Shown here piece by piece: positions 51,336 through 64,000 of a DNA stretch of 64,000 nt. The stretch lies in assembly GCA_002633005.1 (NCBI GenBank), contig NMRA01000174.1, forward strand, positions 92,911 to 156,910. The letters are read 5' to 3'. The notes under the pieces are model-generated. The model made no database searches. It was given only the letters and a program-made list of their open reading frames with translations, and had not been told where the DNA came from. Positions within the stretch are counted from its first letter, which is position 1, and every line of letters begins with the position of its first letter. The translations under genes and the position numbers were made by a program. This stretch comes from Phoronis australis. Its lineage: Eukaryota; Animalia; Phoronida.

Positions 51336-52330
51336 AAACAAGAGCAATTCGGAGCCTTGAAATGCGCCCACTAAGGCACTGCAAACAGTGTGCTTCTAGG
51401 GGTGTTTATGTGTATCACATAAAGGGCCACTTTAAAATGGCGTAAAATAATTCGGATCCATCCGAAAACGGGAATGTGTCATCACTTCTTTAATACAAAG
51501 CTATTTATTAAATATCATGAAAATCCGTCAAGGAACTTGCCACTAGGGGGCTATGGGCGCAACAAAAAACATAACTGCCACTAGGAGGCGCCACAGTAGC
51601 CAAAGTCGTCAAAAAAGTCATCGTCAACCGTCCCCTTCACCCTAAGAACATATATGCCAATTTTCACAATCATACTTACACTGATTTGGTTGATAGAGAG
51701 GCAGATGCAAAAAACAGAAAATAAAAAACAGTAAAATTTTCCACTAGATGGCACAAAATACGTCAAATCCATCCGAAAACAGAAACATGTCATCGTTTCA
51801 ATAGAAAGCTATTTATAAAATTTCATGAAAATCTGGAGCTTGAATTAGAGAAAAAAGAGGAAAACGGAAAAAAATTAAATTGCCACCAGGAGGCACAGCA
51901 TTTGTCAGATTTGTCTGAAAGTCGTCGCTGTCTTTTGTCAACTTCACATAAATACACTTGCTAAATTTAATGAAGATCCTGCAGAGAGTTGAAAGATACA
52001 GCCATGGGCGTAAATAAAACAAAACTGCCACTAGGAGGCTCCACAGTAGTCGAGGTCATCGGAAAATCATCGACAGCCATACTCTTCACAATAGGAACAT
52101 ACATGCCAATTTCCACAATCATCCTTAGAGTGGTTTTGTTGACACAGGGGCGGACGGCAAAAAACAAACTCAAAAACAATAGAAATGGCCACTAGGTGGC
52201 GCAAAATACTTTGAATCAAACTGAAAACAAATGGATAGGGTCATCTCACTAATAGATGCCTATCTGCCACATTTTATGGAAATCCGTTGAGAACCTTTGA
52301 AGATGCAGGGGTAAATGTGGGCGCATAAAA
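51336..52330 (+). mobile_element. Helitron/Helentron-like element (family D) with internal ~150-bp subunits and a ~450-bp higher-order repeat
   Basis: The head aacaagagcaat...gaaatgcgcc is shared with 10080. aactgccactaggaggc.ccacagtag recurs 450 bp apart (51578, 52028). The right boundary is approximate. Confidence 0.6.
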
Positions 52331-55300
52331 AGTTAATTTGTGTTTATCTTGACGAAAGGCCACTTCCCAAACAGGAGCGTTGGTTTTGAATATGTTTCAT
52401 ACCAGTTTTCGTTATTTCATTTTTAATATTCCTGTCTACTTGTTTTTTCTTCTTGAAGTACCAAAACAATGGTTGATTTTGATCGCCAGCGACACTTGTC
52501 AACTGATCCCTGAACCTTCCAGATTACACCTACACTAAACATTTCACAGCAAACAAAACTACACTGTCATTAGTTCAAGTTTAATCTTTATTAGAACTCT
52601 ACTCATAAAATGTATACAAAAGTGCAAATATGGTGATGGCCAAACTGAAGATTTTAAATCTCTGGACAATTTCGGTTGCACTGACGAACTATTCTAGCTT
52701 TTTGTCAGTCAAAACGAAGAGTGGGCACAAGTTAAGTACAACTGTTTCCTAGTAAAAAATCTGGTTAAATGAGATTGAAACAGTATTAAAAGAATAATCC
52801 ATGTGATATTGTTAACTCTGATCAGCGTTTGTAAATCCACCGAGTATATTAATACGTATGGTCGTTTATCTTCAATCGTACCCAATGTTTTTAGCTTATT
52901 AGTTCATCGATTTTTAAAAATAGAAAACCGTATGTGGTTGTTTTTCCAGCTGAATACCGTCGTGGTGTTCGTTTTTAATAAAAATTATTGGTTGATGCAT
53001 TTTGAAAATTCGCCAGGCAGAGATGTTTACTACAGTGTATGGTTGGATAATTACACTCAGCTGGGTCTTGCTCCCACCGGACAACGCGGTCATCACAACT
53101 CTATTCGACTTCGGCGGTGCCCTCTCTTTGATCCTGGTAAGAGCTGCTCAGAAGGGCAAATGGTAAAAATTCCGGCATATCTTCAGAAATGCATGACTTC
53201 CTTGCAAGTGTATCATTCACAGTATGGTCCAACAACATCACAAACCTCTAGTGAGACTGAGCTAAAACACCACTTTATCTAAAAATAGGCTAACATGCCA
53301 CAATCTCATTCAAACATCAACTTACTGGATTAGGTGGTAAATTCATTGTCACATCTATAGCACTATTATGTTTCCTCTCTCACAGACAATTCCTGTCAAC
53401 GTGTGTATAAAAGGAAATGTGTGCAAAACTGATCAATAGATCACTTCTTGTTCAGATATTGATTCCAAAAACATCAGGTGTTTCACAATACAATGTGACA
53501 AATAAAACAATAGCTCCATTATCAAAATATTAAGTTGAGCAGGATATCAATAAAGAGGTTCTGTTCTCAATTTAGATGTGTTTAAAAATGGCATTACATG
53601 CAACTCGGTCGTCAAGAATGACAGTAAAACCATGCCAATGGGCGACACAACGGTCACTAGATGGAGCTAATCAAAAGCGGTCTCTCTGTTTGTAACATTA
53701 GAATAGAATGAGAGCAGAAAGCAGTTGATCAGCATCAGGGACTTAGTGCGATAAGTGAGTGTATGGGAAGGACCCTATGTGAGTGTAGTCTTTGTAGATA
53801 ATCTTTACTATACAGACTTTTAGTGACGATGTATCTGTTACCATTATGACGCGATTATTACCCACAAATAGGCCTTCCATTTTCTACCATGGGGGCATTT
53901 TAGCAATTGAAACTTTTACAAAATTAAGTTTTTAGAACAATCGGTGTGCTCTGACAATGGTTGCACCCATTGCAGGCTCCCGCACAGTCGAGAAGAAGAC
54001 TTAGATTGACTAGGTCCATAGTCGGGTAACAATTTTTAAGTGCTTAGTAATTGGCAGCACTAAGCAAATCTGGCCCAATTATTATGGTTTTTAATTTTGG
54101 CACTTTAATGTTATTTTGACTGGGTCCAAAACATTAAAGTGGCATCATGATAAACAGTTGAATAGCATTTTTTGTACATTCTGGGCTGGGCTATTCAAAA
54201 CCTATAGGGGTAATAACACAATTATCTTCTCAATGGTAATAAAACAATTATCTTCTCAGCCAGCATCATAAACTCCTTATTAAACGGTTTACTTACAAAG
54301 GCCAACTAGGACAGTTGTATGACCAAGAGTAATCCCAGGTAATAAACACCAGTCAATATCAAAAAGCCTATTGTACCCCTCCATACTCAAAATGACATGA
54401 ACATAGTTACAATATGTAGTCTTGCAATTGTGTTTCTTTGTATATTAAGTATATAATATATCCTTAATACACAATTATTTCTTTACTGTTATATATTTTA
54501 ATTTGTTTACTATTACATCCTCTATATCTATTCTATTTTGTTTATCCCAGATTTGTTGTCCAATATATTTTTCAAGTTGGTCGGAAATTAGCCTAGCCAT
54601 TAGGGCTTATCTTGTCTGCTCTGTATATAAAGCAAAATAAAATAAAGTTTCTTGTATACTGTATCTTGTTACACTAGCGCTCCCTAGTGGACTTCAAGTT
54701 CACAAATTAGGACACAATGTAGTGGTCAAGCGAAGTTTCATTCTTTCGATAAAACACAATTAAATAGACAAATTTAATACTTTGCCATATACAGGTTTGT
54801 ACCATAGAGGTTCCGTAAAACATATTTTAAAAACTGCAGTCATTCATAATCATGTTTAGGAGCCATAGTAAAATAAAACAATGGTTACTTTGCTTGAAAT
54901 TCTATGTAAATGTATTTAAGTGGTGCAAATAGAGATTCAATATATCAGTGATCATGTCATCTAACCTGTACACAAGCATTTTCACTCGAACTTTCATTAG
55001 GGTCGTTTTTGGTGGCGTTTTGTTGGCAGTTTGAGGTACCCTAGAACTGTCGCTAGCACTACTTGCCTGTAGCCAGACCACTTACTTCAAAGGACTAACA
55101 TGCACAGGGAAAGTGTCTGTATTAACAGACATGATTAAAATCAGTCCTTTAATCAATTTATTGTTCAATTTAAAAGTGAAAGCAAAGGTAAGAAAACTAC
55201 CGAAGTAAATAGTCCATTCTCTGACAGCACAGTTGTCAAGCAAAAGCACTAGTAAAAAATGTTGACTTTTTGAAATTCAAAATGAATGAACCAAATGATC

Positions 55301-57170
55301 CACTTCTTGATAGAAGCCTGACAAACTACAGAGATCCATATTAATAAACTGAAGACGTTCATACAAGAAATCAATTTGTCTGCCATGTATATTTTATGTC
55401 TTTGAATAAACCACAATCAATTGTACAGATGGTTGCAAGTCAGAACACTTAACTAAAAGTGACTGAATTCCTAGTCATATTAGTGCACTTAAACAGTGTA
55501 TGTTCAGAGTGCCTAAGTGTGATCCAAAACAAGATTTTAAAATGCAAGTTGTGTATAGGCCTACTAACGTTTTTGTTAAGTTCTCAATAAATAAGCTTCA
55601 TTTATGGTCCAATAAACCTGCGCCTTCGGTCAAAAACCAACTGTTCATTCAGGCCACTTTACCCTTCTACAAATCGATTAAATCTTGTTCGTTATTCAGA
55701 TTAGAAGTGATTCCTATGCTTTAGAGGAGTTGACAGTCCGTTATTACTGGAGCCCACGCTAATTAAGTTATTTGTCACGGTAGGTTAGTTCCAGATGCCA
55801 AAGCAGTGTGGACCACCGGAGAAGTTCCATGCGTTTTTGGGATAACCAAGCAATTTTAATTGAAAACGGTAAGAAAGCGATGATGGTGCTCTAGAAGAGC
55901 AACACCTGTGAAAAAAGTATTAGACACCAGAACGTGTGGATTATAGCTGCATTATTGGTGAAAGTAGCTTCTTTTACAATATTTTGCTAGGGGAAATGAC
56001 AGCAAATACAATCAAAACATATATTGCCATTGAAATATTTTAGTTGTAATTATTGGTATATTGCTTTCAAGTAAAGAAATCAATCCTACAAGAAAGTAAA
56101 AGCCACTAAGTACCAGTAGTGGTAACTCCATCTAGTGTTATACCAAAGAACCAACCTGCAAGAAGCCTCAGTAATCACCACATGGATGTCTTCACCTTTG
56201 TTGGTCAGCATAATAAGCATTAGGGTACAGCGTTGGACACTTTGCCTGTACTTCAGTTTCGACTAAAAGCCTTGAAACTGGTAGTTGATGTTTCATTGTT
56301 ACAAGACAATAGATTGTGAATAAGACATCCTAAAGTGACCATTCCTGCACCCTACTCTTAAGAGAAGTCCAGTAATATCGGTAGTCACTTAAAAGGGTTC
56401 CAAATTTTGAGAACCTTGAAGTTTGGTGCTTCCACCAACACTTCATAACAGCATAGTTGCCAATGTCCCAAAACATAATGCATTCCACACTCAAATTTTT
56501 CTGTATCATTCTCTGGGGGTATTGATTACTCCGAAAAGCAGTGTTGTACACAAATCAAGTGTACCTATTATGTACCTTAGGCAGATTACACAATAAAGGT
56601 TGAGACTTATCAACAAAGTAACAGCATTTACAACTTTGAATAATTATTTCTCTTTTCTCCTGTAGCAGTTCACTGATTTTTGCCATTCAAACAATGAAAA
56701 AGTTCAATTTTCAATGATGGATTTAGTTTTTATAGTCCACAGTGTTTAAAATGGAGGGAAAGAATGTTGCCACTAACATTCAGCAGTTATCGCTGACACC
56801 CATTTCTGTTCCCAAATCCCCAAACAAAAGAAGCCAGTCATAAAAGTCCAGATGGTGCCAAGTGCCTTAGTTATAACCCCCATCCAAAAGGGGTAAGAGG
56901 GATTCATAGTTGAGTGTTGGGGAAGGTGATGTAGCCCCTAATTTGACCATCTGGATAGATGATGCAGTACAGGAGGGGAAAATGCATAGCAAGTCCCAGA
57001 AACAGCATGCCAGCAGAGTTTGTTTTTAATGCCTTTGTAATGCAATGGGGAAATGGGCGAAAGGATGGAAACATTAGCAGCCAGGAACCAGAACACAATA
57101 CGTACTGATATCAACTGTCCTGATTTTGGTGATATCATCCCATTTTTGCCTGAAGCTGTGTACCACACAT

Positions 57171-57415
57171 GCCCACACCCGGGGGGGCTCAAGGGGCTCG
57201 TTTGAGCCCCCCATTTGGCAAAGTGGGCAAAAAGGTCCGTCTCAGAGAACCAAAAAGTCAGAGAAAACGAGACATAAGTCCACAGGAATTCGCGCTAGTG
57301 CACTATTCGTAGCTCTGAACCTAGTACCTCATTTTTTGAGTCCTCGATTTCTTTTTTCAGGAAAAGGTCCACATATCGCAAAATTCGAGCCCCCCCTATA
57401 TTTTAGGGTGGGCGC
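57171..57415. mobile_element. GC-rich MITE with an apparent 6-bp TSD (ACACAT)
   Basis: Ends gcccacaccc / gggtgggcgc. ACACAT at 57165-57170 and 57416-57421. Subterminal ggggggctc/gagcccccc motifs. Confidence 0.55.
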
Positions 57416-58302
57416 ACACATGCCACATATCGCACAGTAGGCTATAAGAACGCCCTGCTTTGAAAAACACAAAATTTTACATTTCATCATATAGTTTGAG
57501 CTTTTCCACATGATTTACACGGCTAAAAAAAGATGGCGTCAGGATCATGTTCCTGGAAGCTGCGGCAAACATATGGCCTAGAGCTAGATGTGAGCTTTTT
57601 CCTTTTCAGGCAGATATTGGCAACTAAGACAATGAGCATAAGTATCGTCCCAACTGTAAAAAAGCGGGAAATGCTATTACATTACGCGGGATGAAGCTTC
57701 AAAAAGTGGGGTGGTTCCATCATAAGGGCAGCAATTGGCAGTTATGTAGTAGCTGATTGTAGGAGCTGATTGGCTACCAGGGCCCATGCTCTAAATTCAT
57801 GTTTTTGCTGGAGAGAACTGTCTTTGGAGGTAAATCTTCCAATATTATCTGCATAATGAAGAAAACGGTTACTTCTCATTTTTTATGTCGATTCAAAGTG
57901 TATGCGACAGTTTTTAGATGATTCGGGATCCAAAAAATAGCTAGTTGTCACTTTAAGAGATGTTCAGCGAGTGGTGTTAACACTGGCAACCTGATGTTCA
58001 GTGAGGAGGACTGTCAGCTCAAAATCCATCCTGTGCAAGACATGAAACAGAGTGACACTCAGGCAAAATGTTGAAAGTCAGAATGCAAGTGAAATATGAG
58101 TCATCACTAGACAGGTTTTGCAAGGTTAATGCGCTAATGATTAATGATTGGGCTGGGGCCATATAAGTTAGGGGACATTACAGATGAAACTGTTGGGTGT
58201 GAGAGCAGAAAAGCAACATTCCTTTGACTTCTGTCTAATTCAGATGTCCAATACTGGAAGAGGTGACATGGGACAAAAAGCGAATTCTTTCACTTACTAA
58301 TA

Positions 58303-58519
58303 GAAGTGCCCGCTTTCTTTACTCGAGGTCGTGGGTTCAAGTCCCACCAGGTCACACTGCTAAACCCTTGAGCCAGGTTTCTAGCTCCTCAGCTCGGTTT
58401 TAACCATATATTAATAAAGCATAAAAATATTTCCAGGTGATCAGTGCAATGGGCCCACATGCGAGGCCTGCGCACGTCTGATACAACGTGTATCAGGCTG
58501 CCTGCAATTAAAAAAAAAA
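58303..58519 (+). mobile_element. 5'-truncated tRNA-derived SINE with A-tail
   Basis: Pol III B-box GGTTCAAGTCC (58334-58344) in a tRNA T-arm context gtgggttcaagtcccac. A10 tail at 58510-58519. The empty site is visible at 58558-58640 and a second copy at 49866. Confidence 0.85.
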
Positions 58520-61379
58520 TATATTTTTGGGACCTTGCACATATTATGTGAATACTNACTGGAAGAGGTGACATGGGACAAAAAGCGAATTCTTTCACTT
58601 ACTAATATTTTTGGGACCTTGCACATATTATGTGAATACTTAGATTACCCCACCATGCAACTTCATGGTAACTTAATGGCATAACGGTAGCAAAGAATTC
58701 ATAAAAATGCTGAAAAAGGCATACTCCACTGAAAACGGCTATTAGAGTAGTTTAGAAGCACATTGGCATTGTTGCTGGTGAGAAGCGTGTTTTTAGCATT
58801 TGGGTCTTGAGGGGCAAGTACCCTGCAATGTGTCTTTCAGTTTTGCAGGGGAAGTAGTAAATTCATCCACTGCCATATCACAGGCAATATGGCCTTTCGG
58901 ATTTGACTGTTGTTTAATGCTGGGGATTACCAGGACCACTGCCTGGTTAGTTTAACCCTGTTGAAGTAAACACAGCTTACCAAAGTCTTTATGGTTGTGG
59001 CTAATACAAAATTTATTTTTATTACCCCCAGTTTGTTTTGAATAGATGTGCCCAAAATGTACACCATGCTGCCAGCACAAGCTGTAACTTGTCCATTTCA
59101 ATCTGTAGCTCATTTAATTACCTTGTAGTAGTTATGACTTTAGTTGTAATAGTCTGTAGTTTAAGTATAGATGCTATATATGTCTAGAATATTATTATTA
59201 TTACCTGTTGGCAAGCTTGAGCATTTAGCCAAATATCAACAAAACTAAAATTTAATTATGTAAAAGTAAATATATTTTATGAAAGTAGAAAGCCTGAAGA
59301 GTTTGATTTTTAACTTTGTACCAATTTGCCATTGATTGGGTCTCGTGGCCATGTCTATTTAGTAAAATTTACAAAACAAGGTACAATTTCATAGCAAAAC
59401 AATTGTATCAGAAACATGGCCAAATTTGATTTGATACAAATGGTCAAGATGAAACTTTAACTGAAAAACTTTTAACAGTTTTCTAAAATATTTTGTTTTC
59501 CTTTTATGCAACTTTTGAAATTCACAAAAGTCCTTTTGATAGCCCCTCATGCGAAAGTGGAACATTTTAAAAACTATTCCCAACAGCCTTTTGGAAAATA
59601 GCAAATAAAGCACAGTACATGAAAAGTTTCATATGAGGTAAAAAATTCCAAAGTTAGGCAAATTAGAACATTATTTTAAGGTCCTACATCACATGATGAA
59701 AAAATAGGTAGAAACCCAGGTTTCAGTGAAGTCAGACAAGGTTGATATGTAACATGAGCCAACAAAACCCAGAAAGGAATTTCACTCTGGCATGGAGCTG
59801 TCTCCACTTTCACAACAGAAAACTTGGAAAAGTTGAGATGGTGCACCTGCATCTCATGGTTTGGGGGGGGTTTCAAATTCATGTATTTGCCTCTTAAAGT
59901 GTCCAATTTTTGCAGAGGATGCAGGACTTGCCGATATTTACCATGCCCGGGGTATATCATTGAAAAAATACTCAAAATCAGCATCAACGCTGATAAATGT
60001 ATGAATGCTTGAGAAAACATATACTGACAAATGTGCTGGAGATTTTTTAGTACGCTTTCAGTACAAAAAACATAATCAATAGGTTAAGCCCAGACTGAAA
60101 CCGGAAGAATGCATTACATCCGGTAAAGTCACTTGCCAAATGTGGGTGACTCAACAGATCTGCCTAAGCAACATTAAGTGATTTACCTCTAACAATGTCA
60201 CAATAATTCATTTTTCAGTCACTACATCAACTAATTTATACCAATTAGATAAACAAGTAAACAACACCACAGTAGCACACTATCAAAGTCCCACTGATGA
60301 CAAATCATCTGATGTGTTATACACTGACTGGGCTTGTTTTGTGTATTAGCCTGACAACTACAGTATAAGACAAAAGTAATCAGACAAAATACCCTTCGTA
60401 CCAAAAATTTCCTTTTTTCATTTTTCAAGGTCTTCTTACATTGTTGTAATTGCCCGCCAGAAGTTTTCAAAATTTTGCCAGTGTGTGATGGTAGATATCA
60501 CACAAAACTTGAACCTAGTAAAGGATTGCTCTGGCACAATATATTTTACATCAGAAAATAAAATTTCAGCTGTGGGCCATATTATGTCAGTGAGATTTTA
60601 CCATAATTCCCCATCATTCTCGGTCATCAGGGGAGACTACTCTGGCGATGAATTCAGCTTTTACCCAGCCATCATGACAAGGAATTCCAGGTCATATTGT
60701 CTGAATACTTTTGGATTGCACTGTATCTGACATCAACTTTAAATGAATATCTAGGGTTCCCATTACTAATTATTGGCATTATGCTGACTTATTCATTGAT
60801 TTAACTAAGACCCACAACAATTGATCTTCCTCCTGAATTGTTCACTGAGTAATTATGGTGTGACACTAGTCACTAACGGGAGTAGGGATTTTAATTACCA
60901 GTATGATGTTCAATATTCAGTGGAAGAAATTGGTTGTCATTGCTGTAGGATTACTTGTCATCCAATCATATTCAGTCCACTGAACAACATTCAAGTTATA
61001 TTGAGCACTGCATCGATGGGTCAAAAAAGGGAAAATTTCAAAGTCAGAGTAAAATACCAATGAAGCAATTTATTTTAAGCCAGAAATGCCACTTGGCAGG
61101 CTTCTGACCACAGTACAACCATGGAAAACAAGAAGCTTTACTTTAGAAACTCGATGATTCACAGTACCCTATACTTTGCCAATAGATACAATTTTGCTGT
61201 TGTCAAGAGGCCTGAGTATCAGAAAATCTGAGTAGAGTTCAGTACTGTCTTGCGGCTGGAAAAGTCTAGCCAAAATCACCTGTTCTCATTTGAAACACAC
61301 GGCAATATCTCACGTAATCTTGCGAAGTTTTGCTTTTTAGTGAGGTCCTAGTGTAGGTCTATACCGTTACTAAACTGTA

Positions 61380-62259
61380 CGGAGTTCTAAAATCCCTTTG
61401 ATCCCCTCGACCCCCACACTCTCGGCCCTCTCGACCCACTACCCCCTCGACCCACAACCCCCTCGACCCACGATCTGTGGCAATAGAGGTGTTTTTGCGA
61501 TTTTTACCTATTGCATAATCTAATTACGTCGCTGAGTGACTTTCCAATAAGACATACCTACACGCGAGTCTGCTCTGGCTCAAGTCTGGTGATTAAAAAC
61601 AGAAAGTGGCATGAGAACGTGATCTGAAGTAGCCCATTGTGAGCGCGCTATCGTTGTTACGGAAATAGTTTCACGAGCGGCTACCTCATGGCCCAGTTCT
61701 ACTAAACTTAGGGAGAGTACGTTAACATGAATGTACATAATTTTACATTTTTATTATATGCTTTCTGTTGTATACTCGTTTACAATATACTCCATATAAC
61801 GTTGAAATACTTTTTAGTAAAAAGTTTGTTTTTTCAAACTGCATTTACTGATGAAATTACAGATTCCTTGCACTCTCCACAAAAAAGATTGAATCTGCCA
61901 TTCATTGAAGAGCAGACGAGATGATTACGCTCTGCAGGGAATGACACTTGTAACGTTGGTAGGTCTTTGATTTGAATTGGATGTGTTGCTTTTTTCTGTT
62001 TTTGGCTTTCAAACTTGCCGAATAGACTCTCTTAATTGCAAAAAACAGAGAAAAGCCAGCCGAGCTCACGACCTAACTCATTGGTCCTGCAAGTCAGCGC
62101 TTGTTTTATGTTAAGATCGAGTCGAGCTTGTGTAGACTGGGTTGAGGGGGTTTTGGGTCGTGGGGTCGTGAGGTCGAGGGGTTGAGGGTCGAGGGGGTTG
62201 TGGGTCGAGGGGGTCGTGGGTCGAGGGGTGTGGGGTCGAATGAGTTTTAGAACTATCCG
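61380..62259 (+). mobile_element. MITE family F copy 2 (7-bp TSD AACTGTA)
   Basis: Ends cgga(--)gttctaaaa / ttttagaactatccg. AACTGTA at 61373-61379 and 62260-62266. Colinear with 21891-22721. Confidence 0.9.
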
Positions 62260-62942
62260 AACTGTACCCTGATCTACACTCCTCGCGTGTGGAGCAGAGC
62301 CGAGGATTAGGGCATTCTTCACCTCAATAAAACACTACTGTGAACAAATATACATATTGTGAACAATATCTGGTGATTTTTCAAAGGGTTTAGATTCTCA
62401 GTGAAATTCAGCTCCAACTCGAGGAAATACGATAAAAATTTAAAGCCAAAATAGATGCGCTAGGTTTCAGTTCTCAGTGGTACCCATTGGCAAAAGGTTT
62501 TAGGAACTTTTTGAACCATGGTAGATAATTGGCTTGCAAGTTGTGACGCTGGAAAAAGTTCATGGGAATGCTAAGCAATGGACTAGTGTGATATCTGTAA
62601 GATTTTTGTAATGTTTCCTGACTCGATATTTAGTGATAATTTCAAAATTAACTCAAAGCATTTGAGGCTCGCCACTGTAAAACTGGAGGTCCCAAGGCCA
62701 CAGTCATATTAATTGAGCAGTGCTCAATATAACCTTTAACTACCTCAAAATCAAATGTGTCAGAGTGGCACCATAGAATGGCCAATTTTACCATCTTCCA
62801 AAGTTGTTAGTAAATGAAGTAACATAAATCTATAAGATAATTTGATGTTTTAAAGAACAACAACCAAAGAAGTGTTTCAAATGTACATTTAGTAAGTTAC
62901 ATAGAAGCAGCAATTAACCCGCGTTCCATCAAAGAAATTAAA

Positions 62943-63365
62943 GGTGCTTTCCAATTAGGGGAACTTCGGTTTACCGAAGCTTCACCAAAACTTTGCCAAA
63001 ACTTTGCTCATCTTTCGACTAGACAGCGATATCAAAGTTATCGGTAAGACAGTCCAAACAACGCAGTTCATTCGTACTCTCAAACAAATACTGAGTTGTG
63101 GGTTCAAGGGTTACTGAAAATTGTTCTTCTGCCATTTACGAGTGTTTGTAAAAATGATCTGTGTCATTCTTCATCAGATATGGTTTCTTTTATTTATTTA
63201 CGTGAGTCTATTGAGATCCTGTCGGCTATGCTACAATAACACAAAACACGTTTTGCGAGTCTCGCGTAATCATCATCTTTTGCCACCACCTCTACCGATA
63301 ACTTCGACGAAGCTTTGCACTGATCGTTTCTCACTACACTGAACTTTCAGTAAGAACCGAAGCTT
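62943..63365 (-). mobile_element. Harbinger-like MITE family C copy 3, cut by a younger insertion
   Basis: Starts ggtgctttccaattaggggaacttcgg and aligns with 46926 onward until gaagcttc, where a new element begins. Confidence 0.75.
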
Positions 63366-64000
63366 CAGAGGCGGATCTACGGGGGGGGTTCAGGGGGTTT
63401 AAACCCCCCCCTTGGGCCAGGACCCAAAATTAAAAAAAAACAAAAACGTCGTCACCAAAACAAAAACGACACCACCAGCGTGTGTAAACCCCAAGTAAAC
63501 CAACTTGGAAAAAAATGAGGGGGGGTTCACTCTGAAAAAATAAATTTTTGAATTGCAAATTGCTGTTATGAAAATCAATGCATTTTGAGTCTTCGTGGAT
63601 CATCGGCAAAACGCGCGGAGATCAATTGTGGGCGCGCTTCCGTCGACACTTCTGAAGTTGCCAAGCATTTTAGATGGATTCACCGCTGAAAGAGCAGCTC
63701 TATAGCTGATTTCTTTAGATAACTAGCTTCTTTACTCTAAGATATAATTTGATTTGATTAGGGGAAATACTGTGGTGCCGCAACCCTGATATTCAGGCAA
63801 ATTGACGTGCAACGTTTTTACCTCATCTGTCATTCCATTATACCCTACACGTTTGTAACTCGAATTTGACTGGTGTATAGTAAAGTTGTCTTGCGCAATA
63901 CATACAGTGTAGCCTACATGTACATGTAGTATTTTTGAAAAGAACTCGTTTTCCGAAGAATTACTATTGTCGCGGGCGCCGTGGTCTGGTCGCGGAACCG
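63366..64000. mobile_element. Left part of a hAT-like element running off the window
   Basis: Starts cagaggcggatctacggggggggttcagggggtttaaacccccccc, a CAG-terminal GC-rich end. It abruptly interrupts family C and has a CpG-rich interior. The right end is not seen. Confidence 0.55.

Noticed and set aside
53051-53278. Minus-strand frame with five in-frame TGA codons and several Cys (selenoprotein-like readthrough)
   Set aside because: No recognisable selenoprotein similarity and no SECIS identified by eye, so chance is the likelier explanation. SECISearch would settle it.
52803-53282. Longest ORF in the track (159 aa, + strand)
   Set aside because: Non-ATG start, AT-rich low-information N-terminal half, and no recognisable domain.
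58320-58352. tRNA gene
   Set aside because: Only the T-arm/B-box half is present and it continues into a SINE body with an A-tail; there is no full cloverleaf.

Overview
AT-rich, repeat-dense eukaryotic (metazoan-like) genomic DNA; no prokaryotic operon, CRISPR array, rRNA or intact tRNA was seen. The main feature is one large minus-strand spliced gene. I reconstructed it by hand from 10 phase-compatible GT-AG exons (37039 down to 740; 1799 nt, about 600 aa), plus an uncertain upstream start exon near 40494-40520. It encodes a MyTH4 domain followed by a complete FERM domain (F1 with a long Ser-rich insert, F2, F3/PTB-like), and it appears to continue past the left edge of the window. No motor or PH exons were found upstream, so MyTH4-FERM may be N-terminal, as in KCBP-type kinesin-14 rather than myosin VII/X/XV tails; this is a hypothesis. 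Introns and upstream DNA hold many non-autonomous transposons with readable TIRs and TSDs (Harbinger-like, hAT-like with 5- and 8-bp TSDs, Kolobok-like TTAA, Tc/pogo-like TA, and an unassigned 7-bp-TSD family), tRNA-derived SINEs, a Helitron-like satellite element carrying CTCF-like motifs, and minisatellites. At two single-N gaps the filled and empty alleles of a TE insertion sit side by side. Nearly all short ORFs in the supplied track are spurious or repeat-derived. All coordinates and alignments were read by eye, and family assignments are not database-verified.
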